A stretch of DNA of 64,000 bases from an uncultured Chloroflexia bacterium (GCA_963746845.1 CAVVCZ010000004.1:1024001-1088000); one strand, 5' to 3'. Counted from the stretch's first letter, positions 29,707-43,278 are shown. The notes: generated by a model not told the origin, from the sequence alone. Numbers and translations are program-made.

Positions 29707-31440
29707 ATGTCCCGATCCACGCGATGGTCGCGCCTCGCCCCGTTGGGCGTCGTTGCGATCCTCTTCGCCGCCTGTAGCGGCTCGGCGACCCCATCGCCGA
29801 GCGCTTCGACCGCGCCGGCCCCGTCAACGGCCGCGAGCCAGGCGGCCCCGTCGCCCAGCGAGGCGGCATACGCGGGCGTCAGCTACCCCGACACGGCGGT
29901 CGACTGCGCGAACCGGCCCGCCGGCTACAACGGCGAGTTCAGCCAGATCAAGGCGGTCGATCGGCTCACGGTCGAGTTCGACCTGTGCGCGCCGGACGTC
30001 TCGTTCCTGTCCAAGCTTGCCTTCGCGACGAACGGCATCCAGGACTCGGACTGGCTCGACAAGCACGCGCCGGACAAGTCGTACGTCAAGACGATGAATG
30101 GCACCGGCCCGTACAAGTTCAAGGAGTGGGTCCAGGGCGATCACATCACCCTCGAGGCCAATCCTGACTACTGGGGCACCAAGGCCATCGCCAACACCCT
30201 GATCTTCAAGTGGAGCGACACGGCGGCCCAGCGCCTCCAGGAGCTCCAGTCGGGTGCCGCAGACGGGATCGACAACGTCGGCACGGACGACTACGCCACG
30301 GTCCAGGGCGACTCGACCCTGGCGCTCGTCAACCGCGACGCGTTCAGCATCCTGTACCTCGGGTTCAACGTGGACGATCCGCCGTGGGACAACGAGAAGG
30401 TCCGCCAGGCGATCGCCATGGGCATCGACCGGAAGCGGATCAACGACACGTTCGACCCGCCCGGCTCGGAGGCTGCCGACTACTTCACGCCGTGCAGCGT
30501 CCCCGGCGGATGCGAAGGCGACAAGTGGTACGACACGAACGTCGAGACGGCCAAGCAGATGCTGAAGGACGCGAACTTCGACTTCAGCAAGACCTATGAC
30601 TTCTACTTCCGCCCGAAGGTCCGGCAATACGTGCCGAACCCGCCCGGCGTCGCCCAGGACATCCAGGCCCAGTTCAAGAACCTGGGGATCAACATCAAGC
30701 TCCACCAGGAGGACAACGCGGCCTACCTGCCGAACTCGAGCAAGGGCCAGTACTCGATGTTCCTGCTCGGCTGGGGCGGCGACTATCCGGACATGACCGA
30801 CTGGGTCGACTACCACTTCGGCAAGGGCGCCAACGGCGCCTTCGGCAAGAAGTTCGACGACATCACGTCCCTCCTCAGCAAGGCTGCGTCCGAGACGGAC
30901 GCGACCGCCCGCCTGGGTGAGTACAAGGACGCCAACAACCTGATCCGCCAGCACGTCCCGATGATCCCGCTCACGCACGCCGCTTCGGCGATGGCGTGGA
31001 AGGCGGACGTCACCGGCGTCAAGGCGTCACCGCTCGGCGTCGACATCTTCTCGGTGATGGATCCGGCCGGTCGCGGCCAGATCGTGTTCCAGCAGAACGC
31101 CGAGACGTCGGGGCTGTACTGCGGCGACGAGAGCGACGGCGACTCGCTTCGCAACTGCGAGCAGGTCTACGAGCCGCTCTACGCCTACGAGATCGGCGGA
31201 ACCGGCACCGTGCCGGCCCTCGCCACCAAGTGCGAGCCGAACAGCGACGGCACGAAGTGGACCTGCACGCTGCGCGACGGCGTGAAGTTCCAGGACGGCG
31301 CCGCCTTCGACGCGAACGACGTCATCGCGACCTTCGCGGCCCAGTGGGACACGAAGAACAAGAACCACGTCGGCAACGCCGGCACGTTCGACTACTTCCC
31401 GGCCCTCTGGGGCGGCTACCTCAACCCGCCGGCCTCCTGA
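29707..31440 (+). CDS. Family-5 ABC solute-binding lipoprotein (DppA-like), circularly permuted
   Basis: Lipobox FAA-C; GTGPYKF, NPDYWG, KVRQAIAMGIDR; the LRDGVKFQDG signature segment sits at the C-terminus. Confidence 0.92.
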   Translation: MSRSTRWSRLAPLGVVAILFAACSGSATPSPSASTAPAPSTAASQAAPSPSEAAYAGVSYPDTAVDCANRPAGYNGEFSQIKAVDRLTVEFDLCAPDVSFLSKLAFATNGIQDSDWLDKHAPDKSYVKTMNGTGPYKFKEWVQGDHITLEANPDYWGTKAIANTLIFKWSDTAAQRLQELQSGAADGIDNVGTDDYATVQGDSTLALVNRDAFSILYLGFNVDDPPWDNEKVRQAIAMGIDRKRINDTFDPPGSEAADYFTPCSVPGGCEGDKWYDTNVETAKQMLKDANFDFSKTYDFYFRPKVRQYVPNPPGVAQDIQAQFKNLGINIKLHQEDNAAYLPNSSKGQYSMFLLGWGGDYPDMTDWVDYHFGKGANGAFGKKFDDITSLLSKAASETDATARLGEYKDANNLIRQHVPMIPLTHAASAMAWKADVTGVKASPLGVDIFSVMDPAGRGQIVFQQNAETSGLYCGDESDGDSLRNCEQVYEPLYAYEIGGTGTVPALATKCEPNSDGTKWTCTLRDGVKFQDGAAFDANDVIATFAAQWDTKNKNHVGNAGTFDYFPALWGGYLNPPAS

Positions 31441-31461
31441 TCCGGCGCAGCTGAACCGAAC

Positions 31462-31494
31462 CGAAGGGGCGTCGCAGACTGCGACGCCCCTTCG
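31462..31494. terminator. Long perfect hairpin after the binding-protein gene (terminator or mRNA stabiliser)
   Basis: CGAAGGGGCGTCGCAG-a-CTGCGACGCCCCTTCG. Confidence 0.65.
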
Positions 31495-31555
31495 CCATCC
31501 TCCCTCGTCGGGACGGCCGATTGACCGTCCGCACCCACCTCTGCAGGCGGTGTGA

Positions 31556-32628
<1,073 letters not shown>

Positions 32629-32632
<4 letters not shown>

Positions 32633-33576
32633 CGAGCCAGACGGTCCGGGCAGCCGAGGCGATCGCGGATCCGCTCGCGACCCGCAAGGCCAGCGGCATC
32701 TGGCGCGATACGTTCCGGAACATCCTCCGCCAGCGGAACGCGGTCGTCGGCCTGTCCCTGCTCGGGCTGCTGCTGTTCACGGCGGTCTTCGCGGAGCAGA
32801 TCGCCCCGTTCCCGCCGGACCAGGTCCTCATCGGCGTCGAGCAGGGGGTGAAGAAGTCGAGCCCGCCCTGCATCCACCTGTTCGGCTGCCCCGAGAGCCA
32901 GCCCCAGCACATCATGGGGACGGACAGCAACGTCCGCGACGAGTTCAGCCGGGTGGTCTTCGGCGCCCGGGTGTCCCTCTTCGTCGGGTTCGCCACCGTC
33001 GGGGTCGCGATCATCATCGGGGCGCTCGTCGGGCTCGTCGCGGGGTTCGTCGGCGGGTGGGCCGACAACGTCCTCATGCGGTTGATGGACATCCTGCTGG
33101 TCTTCCCCGCCCTGCTCCTGGCGATCGCGATCGTCACGGCCCTCGGCGCCAGCCTGGTCAACGCCCAGCTCGCGATCGCGATCGTTGCGATCCCGATCTA
33201 CGCCCGGGTGATGCGCGCGTCGGTCCTGTCGGTCCGCGAGAGCGACTATCTGACCGCGTCGAGGGCCCTCGGCGAAAGCTCGCGGGGTCTCCTGTTCCGG
33301 CGGATCCTGCCGAACGCGATGACCCCGCTGATCGTGGCCGGGACCCTCGGGATCGCCGGCGCGGTCCTCGACGTCGCGGCGTTGTCGTTCCTCGGACTCG
33401 GCGCCCAGCCGCCCCTCGCCGAATGGGGCTCGATGATCGCGCTCGAGAGCGGCCGCCTGTTCACGGCGCCGCACCTGATCTTCTTCCCGGGCATGGCGCT
33501 CGTCCTGACCGTCTTCGGGTTCAACCTGCTGGGCGACGGGATCCGGGACGCCCTCGATCCACGGCTCAACCGGTGA
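32629..33576 (+). CDS. Peptide ABC permease (DppC/OppC-like)
   Basis: [33 protein letters not shown]. Confidence 0.94.
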
Positions 33577-34886
33577 GTGACGACCACACGATCACCACGA
33601 CGGCGCCGGCGCCGAACGTGCTCGGCGCCAGCCTCGATCAGACCGTCGTCGAGGAGCTCGTTCCCGCCTCGGCACGCCGGCCGCGTTCCGACGGATCCGG
33701 CCGGCCGATCCTCGAGGTCAAGGGTCTTCGGACCTCGTTCTACACGCGTGACGGGGTCGTCCGTGCGGTCGACGGGATCGACTTCCAGGTCCGGCGCGGC
33801 GAGATCATGGGGCTCGTCGGGGAGTCGGGCTGCGGCAAGAGCGTCACGTCGCTCTCGATCATGGGCCTGGTGTCCCGGCCGGGCCGGGTCGAGGGCGGTG
33901 AAATCATCTTCGACGAGCGGGACCTGTTGAAGCTGAGCCCGGACCAGATGCGCCGGCTCCGCGGCGACCGGCTGAGCATGATCTTCCAGCAGCCGCAGTC
34001 GTCCCTCAACCCGGTCCAGGACGTCGGCAAGCAGATCGCCGAGGTCCTCGAGCTCCACCGCGGGATGAAGCGCGGACCGGCCCGCGAGCGGGCGCTCGAG
34101 CTCCTGAAGATGGTCGGCATCCCGGACCCCGAGCGACGGATCAAGTCGTTCCCGCACGAGATGTCCGGCGGCATGGCCCAGCGGGTCATGATCGCGATGG
34201 CCCTGGCCTGCGAGCCCGAGCTCCTGATCGCCGACGAGCCGACGACCGCCCTCGACGTCACGATCCAGGCCCAGATCCTCGACCTGATGCGCAACCTCCG
34301 CGAGCAGACCGGCACGGCGATCATCCTGATCACGCACGATCTCGGGGTCGTCGCCGAGATGGCCGACCGGGTCGCGGTGATGTACGCCGGAGAGATCGTC
34401 GAGCAGGCAGACGTCACGACCCTCTTCCGGCATCCCAGCCATCCGTACACGCGGGGGCTGATCGGCTCGATCCCGCTCGTCGGCGACGTCCGCGAAGAGC
34501 TGAGCGTCATCCCGGGCAACGTGCCGAACCTGATCGACCTGCCGAAGGGTTGCCGGTTCGCCCCGCGCTGCGCCTCACGGGTCGCCGAGGACAACACGAT
34601 GTCGCTCGACTCCCACCCGGCCCTCCTGCCGATCGTGCCGGCCCACGAGGTCCGCTGCTGGCTGTACCACGACGTCGACGGTCGGCTGATCCCGCGGCCG
34701 GACGGCTGGGTGCCGCGGACCGACGTCGACGCGGAGGTCGTGCTCGCCACGGGTGCCGTCGCGGACGGCGGGCTGGCGGCGGGCACTGCGGTCGGACTCG
34801 ATCCGCTTGGCGCCGCCCGCGAAGCGGAGGAAGACCGCGGCCACCGGCCGTTCGAGGCCCAGGAGCCGCCGGAGCGGCGTCCGTGA
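33573..34886 (+). CDS. Peptide ABC ATPase (DppD/OppD-like)
   Basis: [33 protein letters not shown]. Confidence 0.94.
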   Translation: MSDDHTITTTAPAPNVLGASLDQTVVEELVPASARRPRSDGSGRPILEVKGLRTSFYTRDGVVRAVDGIDFQVRRGEIMGLVGESGCGKSVTSLSIMGLVSRPGRVEGGEIIFDERDLLKLSPDQMRRLRGDRLSMIFQQPQSSLNPVQDVGKQIAEVLELHRGMKRGPARERALELLKMVGIPDPERRIKSFPHEMSGGMAQRVMIAMALACEPELLIADEPTTALDVTIQAQILDLMRNLREQTGTAIILITHDLGVVAEMADRVAVMYAGEIVEQADVTTLFRHPSHPYTRGLIGSIPLVGDVREELSVIPGNVPNLIDLPKGCRFAPRCASRVAEDNTMSLDSHPALLPIVPAHEVRCWLYHDVDGRLIPRPDGWVPRTDVDAEVVLATGAVADGGLAAGTAVGLDPLGAAREAEEDRGHRPFEAQEPPERRP

Positions 34887-35947
34887 CCGGCGCCGTCGCG
34901 TCCGCCGGAGCCGCCCCGACCCGGCCTCGTCCCGGCGCCGGCGACACCCTCGTGGACGTCCGGGACCTCGTGAAGCACTTCCCGATCCGGGGCGGCATCC
35001 TCCAGCGGCCGATCGCCAACGTGCAGGCGGTGGACGGCGTGAGCTTCACGATCCGGCGCGGCGAGACGCTCGGGCTCGTCGGGGAGTCCGGCTGCGGCAA
35101 GACGACGGTCGGACGGCTCCTGCTCCGGCTGATCGACCCGACCTCGGGCTCGATCATGTTCGACGGGGTCGATATCGCGAAGCTGAGCGGCGCCGCTCTC
35201 AAGCCCTACCGGAAGCGGATGCAGATCATCTTCCAGGACCCGTACGCGTCCCTCGATCCGCGCACCCCGATCGGCGACAGCATCGGCGAGGGGCTCCGGA
35301 TCCATCACCTCGGATCGTCGGCGGAGCGGCGCGCGAAGGTCCAGCGGATCATGGACCTCGTCGGTCTGGCCCCCTACCACGCCCGACGCTACCCGCACGA
35401 GTTCTCCGGCGGCCAGCGCCAGCGGATCGGCATCGCCCGGGCCCTCGTCCTCGAGCCGGACCTCGTGGTGTGCGACGAGCCTGTCTCGGCCCTCGACGTC
35501 TCGATCCAGGCCCAGGTGCTCAACGAGCTGAAGAGCCTCCAGCGTGAGCTGGGGCTGACCTACCTGTTCATCGCCCACAACATGGGTGTCGTCGAGCACA
35601 TCAGCGACCGGGTGGCGGTGATGTACCTCGGGAAGGTGGTCGAGCTCAGCGATCGCCAGGGGATGTTCCGCAACCCCGAGCATCCGTACACACAGGCGCT
35701 GATGTCGGCGATCCCGGTGCCGGACCCGGAGGCCCGGCGGAAGCGGATCATCCTGCGTGGCGACGTCCCCTCGCCGGTCAACCCGCCGCGAGGCTGCCAC
35801 TTCAATCCGCGCTGCCAGCTGCGCGCCGAGATCGGCGGCCCGGTGATCTGCACGACCGACGAGCCGGAGCTGCTGGATTCGGGTGGCGACCACTTCGTGG
35901 CCTGCCACTTCCGGGGAGCGGCCGGGAGCGCACGCCCCGCGGGCTGA
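34883..35947 (+). CDS. Peptide ABC ATPase (DppF/OppF-like)
   Basis: [33 protein letters not shown]. Confidence 0.94.
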   Translation: MTGAVASAGAAPTRPRPGAGDTLVDVRDLVKHFPIRGGILQRPIANVQAVDGVSFTIRRGETLGLVGESGCGKTTVGRLLLRLIDPTSGSIMFDGVDIAKLSGAALKPYRKRMQIIFQDPYASLDPRTPIGDSIGEGLRIHHLGSSAERRAKVQRIMDLVGLAPYHARRYPHEFSGGQRQRIGIARALVLEPDLVVCDEPVSALDVSIQAQVLNELKSLQRELGLTYLFIAHNMGVVEHISDRVAVMYLGKVVELSDRQGMFRNPEHPYTQALMSAIPVPDPEARRKRIILRGDVPSPVNPPRGCHFNPRCQLRAEIGGPVICTTDEPELLDSGGDHFVACHFRGAAGSARPAG

Positions 35948-35951
35948 ACGG

Positions 35952-36659
35952 CTACCGGCTGATCAGGCGCTGCTGGAGGAGAGCGGCCTCGAAGAGGTCG
36001 CCGATCGAGCTCCGGATCGGCGCGTAGTCGTTGATGGCTGCGGCGATCGCCTGGCTCCCGGCAACGACGCCCTGGGCGTCGCCGCTCGTGATCGAGTCGC
36101 GGAGCTGCTTCGCTCCGGCCGAGAGCTCCGGGAACGCCTTCTGGTAGAGCTTGCCGATCGGCTGCGTGTCGGGAGCCAGGTCGAGGCGGCTCACCTCGGG
36201 CATCAGCCCGTCGATCAGCTTCGCGAGCCCGTCGGCCGCGCCCCACATGGCCTTCAGGTCCTCGTTGTTCGTCGCGGTCTGGAGGTCCTCGCCGGCCTTC
36301 TGGATCTGCGTGTCCGCGATGCCCAGGTGGACGACGGCGAGGACGGTCGCACCTGGCCACTTGGGCTGGACGTTCGGATCGACCGACGGGAGCGGCGCGG
36401 CGGAGGATCCCGGCGCGACCGACGACCCGGGCACGGGACCAGACGCGGCGGGGCCGGCATCCACGCTGGGCGCCGCGGCGACGAGTGCCGGTGCGCCGGT
36501 GGCCTGCGTCGGGCTCGCCGAGCCGGCCGGACCGGTCGCGCCGCACGCGACGACGAACACGCCGACGGCGGCGGACAGGACGAGACGGCGGATGCCCGTC
36601 GCAGCGGATCGGAGAGCGACGGTCCGTGGGCCCGGCCCCGTCACCCGGTGGGGGATCAT
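35952..36659 (-). CDS. Hypothetical lipoprotein at the end of the second opp operon
   Basis: ATG overlaps the upstream ATPase stop; lipobox VVA-C; PAS-rich linker; helical C-terminal domain. Confidence 0.7.
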   Translation of the reverse strand: MIPHRVTGPGPRTVALRSAATGIRRLVLSAAVGVFVVACGATGPAGSASPTQATGAPALVAAAPSVDAGPAASGPVPGSSVAPGSSAAPLPSVDPNVQPKWPGATVLAVVHLGIADTQIQKAGEDLQTATNNEDLKAMWGAADGLAKLIDGLMPEVSRLDLAPDTQPIGKLYQKAFPELSAGAKQLRDSITSGDAQGVVAGSQAIAAAINDYAPIRSSIGDLFEAALLQQRLISR

Positions 36660-37867
36660 CCCGGATCGGCGACCGCGGTGTCGAGCACGGACTGCGTCTG
36701 GACAGCGGCGGCGACCGTCTCGGTGCTGATCTGCTCGGCGTAGTGGCAGGCCGTCTGGTGTTCGCCGCCGAGGTCGCGGAGCTGCGGCTCCTCGGTCGAG
36801 CAGCGCTCGGGGTTGCCGAGCTTCTCGCGGAGCCAGCAGCGCGTGTGGAAGCGGCACCCGGACGGCGGCGCTGCCGGGGACGGCACGTCGCCCTTCAGGA
36901 CGAGGCGCTTCTTCCGGCGGCGCGGATCCGCGTCGGGGATCGCCGACAGGAGGGCGACGGTGTACGGGTGACGGGGGTCACGGTAGAGGCTGGCGACATC
37001 GCCGATCTCGACGACCTTGCCGAGGTACATCACCGCGACCCGGTCGCTGAAGTACTGGATCACGGACAGGTTATGACTGATGAAGATGTAGGTCAGGTTG
37101 AGATCCCGGCGAAGATCCAGCAACAGGTTGAGGACCTGGCTCTGGATCGAGACGTCGAGCGCGGACACCGGCTCGTCGCAGACGACGATGTCCGGGCCGA
37201 GCGCGAGCGCCCGGGCGATCCCGATCCGCTGGCGCTGCCCGCCGGAGAACTCGTGCGGGTAGCGGCGGGTGTACTCGCGCCGGAGGCCGACCAGCTCGAG
37301 CGAGTCCTCGACCTTCGTGTCGCGGGCCTTGCGGTCCTTCATCCCCTGGGCGAGGAGGCCCTCGCCGATGATGTCGCTGATCGGCATCCGCGGGTTCAGC
37401 GACCCGAACGGATCCTGGAAGATGATCTGCATCTTCCGGCGCAGCGGTCGCAGCTCGTCCGCCCCGATGTGGGTGATGTCCCGGCCCGCGAAGATGATCG
37501 TCCCGGCCGTCGGCTCGATCAGGCGGAGGATCGACCGGCCGAGGGTCGTCTTGCCGCAGCCCGATTCCCCGACGACGCTGAATGTCTCGCCGGCCTTGAC
37601 GTCGAAGTCGACCCCGTCGACCGCATAGACCGTCCCGATCTGGCGTCGCATCAGGCCGCCGACGATCGGGAAGTGCTTCTTCAGGCCGCGGACCTGGAGC
37701 AGCGGGGCGCCCTCCGGCGGCCTGACGGGCAGCTCGGCCACGTCCATCTCGGCGGGGCTGTCGCCGCCGACTGCGACGACCGCCACCGGGGCGGGCTCGT
37801 CGAGTGGAGCGTCGACATGGCCCGGGGGCGCCCCGGCCGCGTCCACCGATCGGATCTCGTCCGCCAC
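36656..37867 (-). CDS. Peptide ABC ATPase (OppF-like)
   Basis: [24 protein letters not shown]. Confidence 0.94.
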   Translation of the reverse strand: MADEIRSVDAAGAPPGHVDAPLDEPAPVAVVAVGGDSPAEMDVAELPVRPPEGAPLLQVRGLKKHFPIVGGLMRRQIGTVYAVDGVDFDVKAGETFSVVGESGCGKTTLGRSILRLIEPTAGTIIFAGRDITHIGADELRPLRRKMQIIFQDPFGSLNPRMPISDIIGEGLLAQGMKDRKARDTKVEDSLELVGLRREYTRRYPHEFSGGQRQRIGIARALALGPDIVVCDEPVSALDVSIQSQVLNLLLDLRRDLNLTYIFISHNLSVIQYFSDRVAVMYLGKVVEIGDVASLYRDPRHPYTVALLSAIPDADPRRRKKRLVLKGDVPSPAAPPSGCRFHTRCWLREKLGNPERCSTEEPQLRDLGGEHQTACHYAEQISTETVAAAVQTQSVLDTAVADPG

Positions 37868-37869
37868 GG

Positions 37870-38954
<1,085 letters not shown>

Positions 38955-38958
<4 letters not shown>

Positions 38959-39914
38959 GCCTTGGACCGGGGATCGAATGCGTCGCGGAGGCCGTCTCCG
39001 ATGAAGTTGACCGCGAGGACCGTGAGGATGATGGCCAGCCCCGGGAAGAACGGCCACCACCAGTTGCCCAGGGGCAGGAACGTCAACGAGCTCGAGAGGA
39101 TATTGCCCCACGTCGGGTTGACCGGGTTGACGCCGTAGCCCAGGAAGCTCACGAACGCCTCGGCGATGATGTTGCCTGCGACGATCAGCGAGGCCACCAC
39201 GACGATTGGCGACATGGCGTTCGGGAGGATGTGCCGGAAGATGATCCGGCGATCCCTGACCCCGACGGCCTTGGCCGCCTCGACGAACTCACGTTCGCGA
39301 ATGGACAGGAAGAGGCTGCGGGTCAGCCTGGCGACGCCCATCCAGCCGAGCAGCCCGAAGATCAGGATGATCGTCCAGACGTTATCCCGGGCACCGGCGA
39401 AGAACCGCGACGCCACCAGGATGACGAACAGGAGGGGCAGGCTGAGCAACACGTCGACGACGCGCATCAGGAAGTTGTCGGCGAAGCCGCCCAGGTACCC
39501 GGCGATGGCCCCGACGATCGTCCCGAGAATCACGGCGATGAGCATGCTCGAGAAGCCGATGAACAGCGACCACTTCGCGCCGTTGATCACGAGGGTCAGC
39601 ACGTCGCGCTGGAGCCCGCCGGTCTCGCCGAACGGGTGGGCAAGGGACGGTGGGCGACCCCGGTACACGATGACGTCGGGCCGCGCCGTCTGGTCGAACG
39701 AGTACGGGAACAGGAACGGGCCGATGATCGCGATGATCGTGAATGCCGTCAGGATCCCCAAGCCGATCAGCGCAAGGCGGTGCTTCTTGAACTTCCGCCA
39801 GGCCAGCTGCCATTGGCTCAGGGACTCGAGCCCGACCTCGTAGTCGGAGCCGGTCGGAGCCGGGGCCTGGGCGGGATCGACCGCCGGTGCCGTCGGGTCG
39901 AAGGTGTTGGCCAT
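38955..39914 (-). CDS. Peptide ABC permease (OppC-like)
   Basis: WRKFKKHRLA, EFVEAAKAVG, HILPN, NFIGDGLRDAFDP. Confidence 0.94.
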
Positions 39915-39930
39915 GCTCGCGCTTCGCCGG

Positions 39931-41028
39931 TCAGTACTTGATCCGCGGATCGATGACCGCGTACGCGACGTCCGCGAGGAGGTTCGCGAGAACCACGAGC
40001 ACCGCGGTGATCATCAGGACGCCCATGAGGATCGGGTAGTCGAAGGTCCTGGTGGCGTCGATGGTCAGCTTGCCGATGCCGGGCCACGAGAAGATCGTCT
40101 CGGTGACGAGCGCGCCACTGAAGAGGAACGGCAGCTCGAGGGCGACGTTCGTCACGAACGGCAGCATCGCGTTCCGGAAGGCGTGCTTGAAGGTCACCGC
40201 CCGGCCGGACAGGCCTTTCGCCTTTGCCGTCCGGACGTAGTCCTGGCTCAACGCCTCGAGCATGCTCGCCCGGACGAACCGGGAGTCGCCGGCGATGCTG
40301 ACCGCGACAAGGGTGAGGACGGGCAGGATCAGGTGCCTGCCGACGTCGGCGATCGCGGTCAACGGGTTCTGACCGAAGTAGACCCAGTACGCGTCGCTGC
40401 CGAAGGGCGGCGACGTTCGTGTGTCGGTCATCCCGCTCGCGGGCAGGATGTTCAGCCCCGGACCGCTGAAGATGTAGATCAGCATGATCCCGAGCCAGAA
40501 CGTGGGCAGCGCGAAGCCGACATAGGCGAACACGGTCGCCGCCTGGTCGAACAGCGAGTAGCGTCTGACGGCAGCGACGACGCCGATCACGACGGCGACC
40601 GTGAGCCAGATGACGATCGCGACCGAGGCGAGGATGAACGTCGGCAGGGCCGCCCGGGCGATGCGGTCCATGACGGGCTCACCCGAGTCGATCGAGTAGC
40701 CGAAGTCGCCGTGGAGCACGCCGTTCGAGGCGCCGGAGATCCCCTCCGGCAGGAAGTTCGGCCAGCCGCTCGGCCCGAGGAAGACGGCGAGGCCGTCCGC
40801 GTCGGGATTGCACACGCCGAGCCAGCGGCAGTACTGGACGGGGATCGGCTGGTCCAGGCCCCAGGCGTGCTTGAAGGCGTCCTTCTGCTCCTGGGTCATC
40901 CGGGGGTTCTGTGCGAACTTGGCGGTCGGACCACCGGGCGCCACGAGAAGAATCGCGTACACGACGATGCTGATGCCGAAGAGGACGGGGATCGCCTGCG
41001 CAATGCGCCGGATCACGTATTTCGTCAT
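39931..41028 (-). CDS. Peptide ABC permease (OppB-like)
   Basis: GDFGYS, PTFWLG, DYVRTAKAKGL, ETIFSWPGIG. Confidence 0.94.
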   Translation of the reverse strand: MTKYVIRRIAQAIPVLFGISIVVYAILLVAPGGPTAKFAQNPRMTQEQKDAFKHAWGLDQPIPVQYCRWLGVCNPDADGLAVFLGPSGWPNFLPEGISGASNGVLHGDFGYSIDSGEPVMDRIARAALPTFILASVAIVIWLTVAVVIGVVAAVRRYSLFDQAATVFAYVGFALPTFWLGIMLIYIFSGPGLNILPASGMTDTRTSPPFGSDAYWVYFGQNPLTAIADVGRHLILPVLTLVAVSIAGDSRFVRASMLEALSQDYVRTAKAKGLSGRAVTFKHAFRNAMLPFVTNVALELPFLFSGALVTETIFSWPGIGKLTIDATRTFDYPILMGVLMITAVLVVLANLLADVAYAVIDPRIKY

Positions 41029-41155
41029 CGGCTCACCACCTGTCGTGCCACGCGAGGTGTCTCACAAGGGGCTGCGAATTCCTGGCCAGGTCCAGGGCCG
41101 CGTCCCGAGCCGCATCGGTGCGGACACGGTACACGGTTTGATGGGTTGGGTGCCA

Positions 41156-41186
41156 CTCGGGGCGCCCGCGCTGCGGGCGCCCCGAG
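41156..41186. terminator. 14-bp hairpin after the oppA-like gene
   Basis: CTCGGGGCGCCCGC-gct-GCGGGCGCCCCGAG. Confidence 0.6.
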
Positions 41187-41239
41187 CGGAGCTGGTCCTT
41201 TGGGATGCGACGCCCGGAGGGCGCCGTTCGGCCCGGTGC

Positions 41240-43081
41240 CTAGGCCTTGACGAACCAGTCGACGGCGTTCCACGTCGGACCGGCCTGCGTGGGCTGGGCC
41301 GCGTAGTTGCCGACCTTCGGCGTCACGATGTCGACGTTCTTCCGGTAGTAGAGCGGGACCTCGAGGGTCTTCTCGACGTAGACCTTCTGGAAGGTCGCCA
41401 TCGCGTCCTTGATGACGTTGAAGTCAACCGAGGTGCGGACGATGTCCAGGGATGCGTCGATGTCGGTGTCCTTGATCTGCGCGTCGTTCTGCCCGTTGGG
41501 CGGGAACTGGCTGCTGTGGTAGTTGAAGTAGTTGCCGAGCGGATCGATCGAGCTCGTGAAGGCATGCTCCGCGATATCGAAGTTGAACCGCGAGAGGGCG
41601 CACGGGGTGTCCCGGGTCGCCTCGTTGTACTCGGCGAAGATGCTGGCCGAGTCGACCGCGTTCGGCACTGCCTCGATCCCGACGTCCTTCAGCCAGCCCG
41701 CGATGAGCGCGAGCGTGTCCTGGCGGACCTGGCGGGTCGTGGTGCAGAGCTCGATCTTGGCCTTCAGGCCGTCCTTGGCGCGGATCCCGTCAGAGCCGGG
41801 AACCCAGCCGGCCGCGTCGAGGATCGACTTGGCCTTCGCCGGATCGAACGTCGCCGGCGGCTGGTCCGCGAAGAACCACGCGCCGGGGGAGATGTTCGTG
41901 TTGGCGACCTGGACGGTGCCCGCCAGGAGCCGGGTGTTGATCTCGTTCTTGTCGATCGCATAGGCGACGGCCTCGCGCATCGCCGCGTCCGCCATCGGGC
42001 AGCCCTTGCCGCGATCCTGGACCGCGGGGTTGGTGGAGCAATCCGTGGCGCCCCAGTTCGGGCGGAGGAACTCGTAGGTCAGGGCCGGGACGGCCGAGAC
42101 CTGGTCGCCGAGGTCCTGGATCTTCGGGATGTCCGAGTCCTGGAGGTCGGTCGCGAGATCGACCTCACCAGCCTTGTAGCCCGCGATCATCGCGTCGGCA
42201 TCGCCATACCATTTGAAGATGATGCTGTCGAGATGGGCCGGCTTGCCGGTCGAGAAGCTCGTGTAGTTCGGGTTCTTGGCCATCCGGAGCTGCTGCCCGG
42301 GGGTGGCGGACTCGTACTTGAACGCGCCGCTCGTCGGAACCTTGGGGAGATCCGCGACGCGGAAGCCCGCCCCGGCCGTCTGATCCTTGATCGGAATCTT
42401 GGACAGGTAGTGCCGAGGCAGCGGTGCGTTGAACATCGTGATGTAGCCTTCGAAGATGTTCTTGAAGTGCAGCACCATCTCGGTGTCCGACTTGCACTCG
42501 ATGCCCTTCGCGCCGTCCTTGAGATCCGTGAAGCCGGCCGTGATGATGCCGACGTTCCCCGGATCGAGGACCCACTCCGCCGCGTACTTGAAGTCATCGC
42601 AGGTCAGCGCCTGACCGTCCGACCACTTCAGACCGTCGCGAAGCGTCCAGGTCACGGTCATCGCGTCGCCGTTGTCGCCTGGGGCCTTGACGCCACCGTT
42701 GGTGGTCGTCGGGACGTCCTTGGCGAGGTCCGGGATGTACTTGTAGTCGTTGCTGAAGACGACCAGCGTCGCCCACGCGGACGAAGCGACGTTCGCCTCC
42801 GACTGCTGGCTCAGGTAGAACGGCTGGAACGTGGTGGCTTCCTGCCAGTCGCCCACGATGATCGACCCGCCGTCGGTGCCGGCCTCGGGCTTGTAGGCCG
42901 AGTCCGTCAGGCTGACCGGGGCCGCCGACGGCGAGGCCGCAGGGGCGGACTCGGCCGGCGTTGAGGCCGCGGGCGCCTGTGACGCCGCTGTCGAACTGCT
43001 CGGCGAGGGGGTCGCCGCACCTTGGCACGCCGCGAACACGACCATCGTGCTCGCGAACAGGCCAACGAGACGTTTCCGCAT
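41240..43081 (-). CDS. Family-5 ABC solute-binding lipoprotein (OppA-like, normal order)
   Basis: Lipobox FAA-C; WTLRDGLKWSDG near the N-terminus; MREAVAYAIDK. Confidence 0.93.
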   Translation of the reverse strand: MRKRLVGLFASTMVVFAACQGAATPSPSSSTAASQAPAASTPAESAPAASPSAAPVSLTDSAYKPEAGTDGGSIIVGDWQEATTFQPFYLSQQSEANVASSAWATLVVFSNDYKYIPDLAKDVPTTTNGGVKAPGDNGDAMTVTWTLRDGLKWSDGQALTCDDFKYAAEWVLDPGNVGIITAGFTDLKDGAKGIECKSDTEMVLHFKNIFEGYITMFNAPLPRHYLSKIPIKDQTAGAGFRVADLPKVPTSGAFKYESATPGQQLRMAKNPNYTSFSTGKPAHLDSIIFKWYGDADAMIAGYKAGEVDLATDLQDSDIPKIQDLGDQVSAVPALTYEFLRPNWGATDCSTNPAVQDRGKGCPMADAAMREAVAYAIDKNEINTRLLAGTVQVANTNISPGAWFFADQPPATFDPAKAKSILDAAGWVPGSDGIRAKDGLKAKIELCTTTRQVRQDTLALIAGWLKDVGIEAVPNAVDSASIFAEYNEATRDTPCALSRFNFDIAEHAFTSSIDPLGNYFNYHSSQFPPNGQNDAQIKDTDIDASLDIVRTSVDFNVIKDAMATFQKVYVEKTLEVPLYYRKNVDIVTPKVGNYAAQPTQAGPTWNAVDWFVKA

Positions 43082-43249
43082 CAAGTCTCCTCCGTTGCGT
43101 GTGTCTCCCCACACTGCTGGTCGCAGGCAGCCTTCGTGCGTGAGCCGTCATCTCCTCGACGCCAACCGGCTCGGGCAAGCCCACCGGCACGGTCATCAAT
43201 CAGGAAACGCGCGAGCACACGATCAGCGAGGGGCTCCTGCGCTGCCGGT

Positions 43250-43278
43250 ATCTTGGGCACGGGTCCATGCCCTGTCAA
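43250..43278 (-). promoter_or_regulatory. Sigma-70-type promoter of the second opp operon with a dyad in the spacer
   Basis: TTGACA-N17-CAAGAT; the spacer holds the near-palindrome GGGCATGG-ac-CCGTGCCC. Confidence 0.45.
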
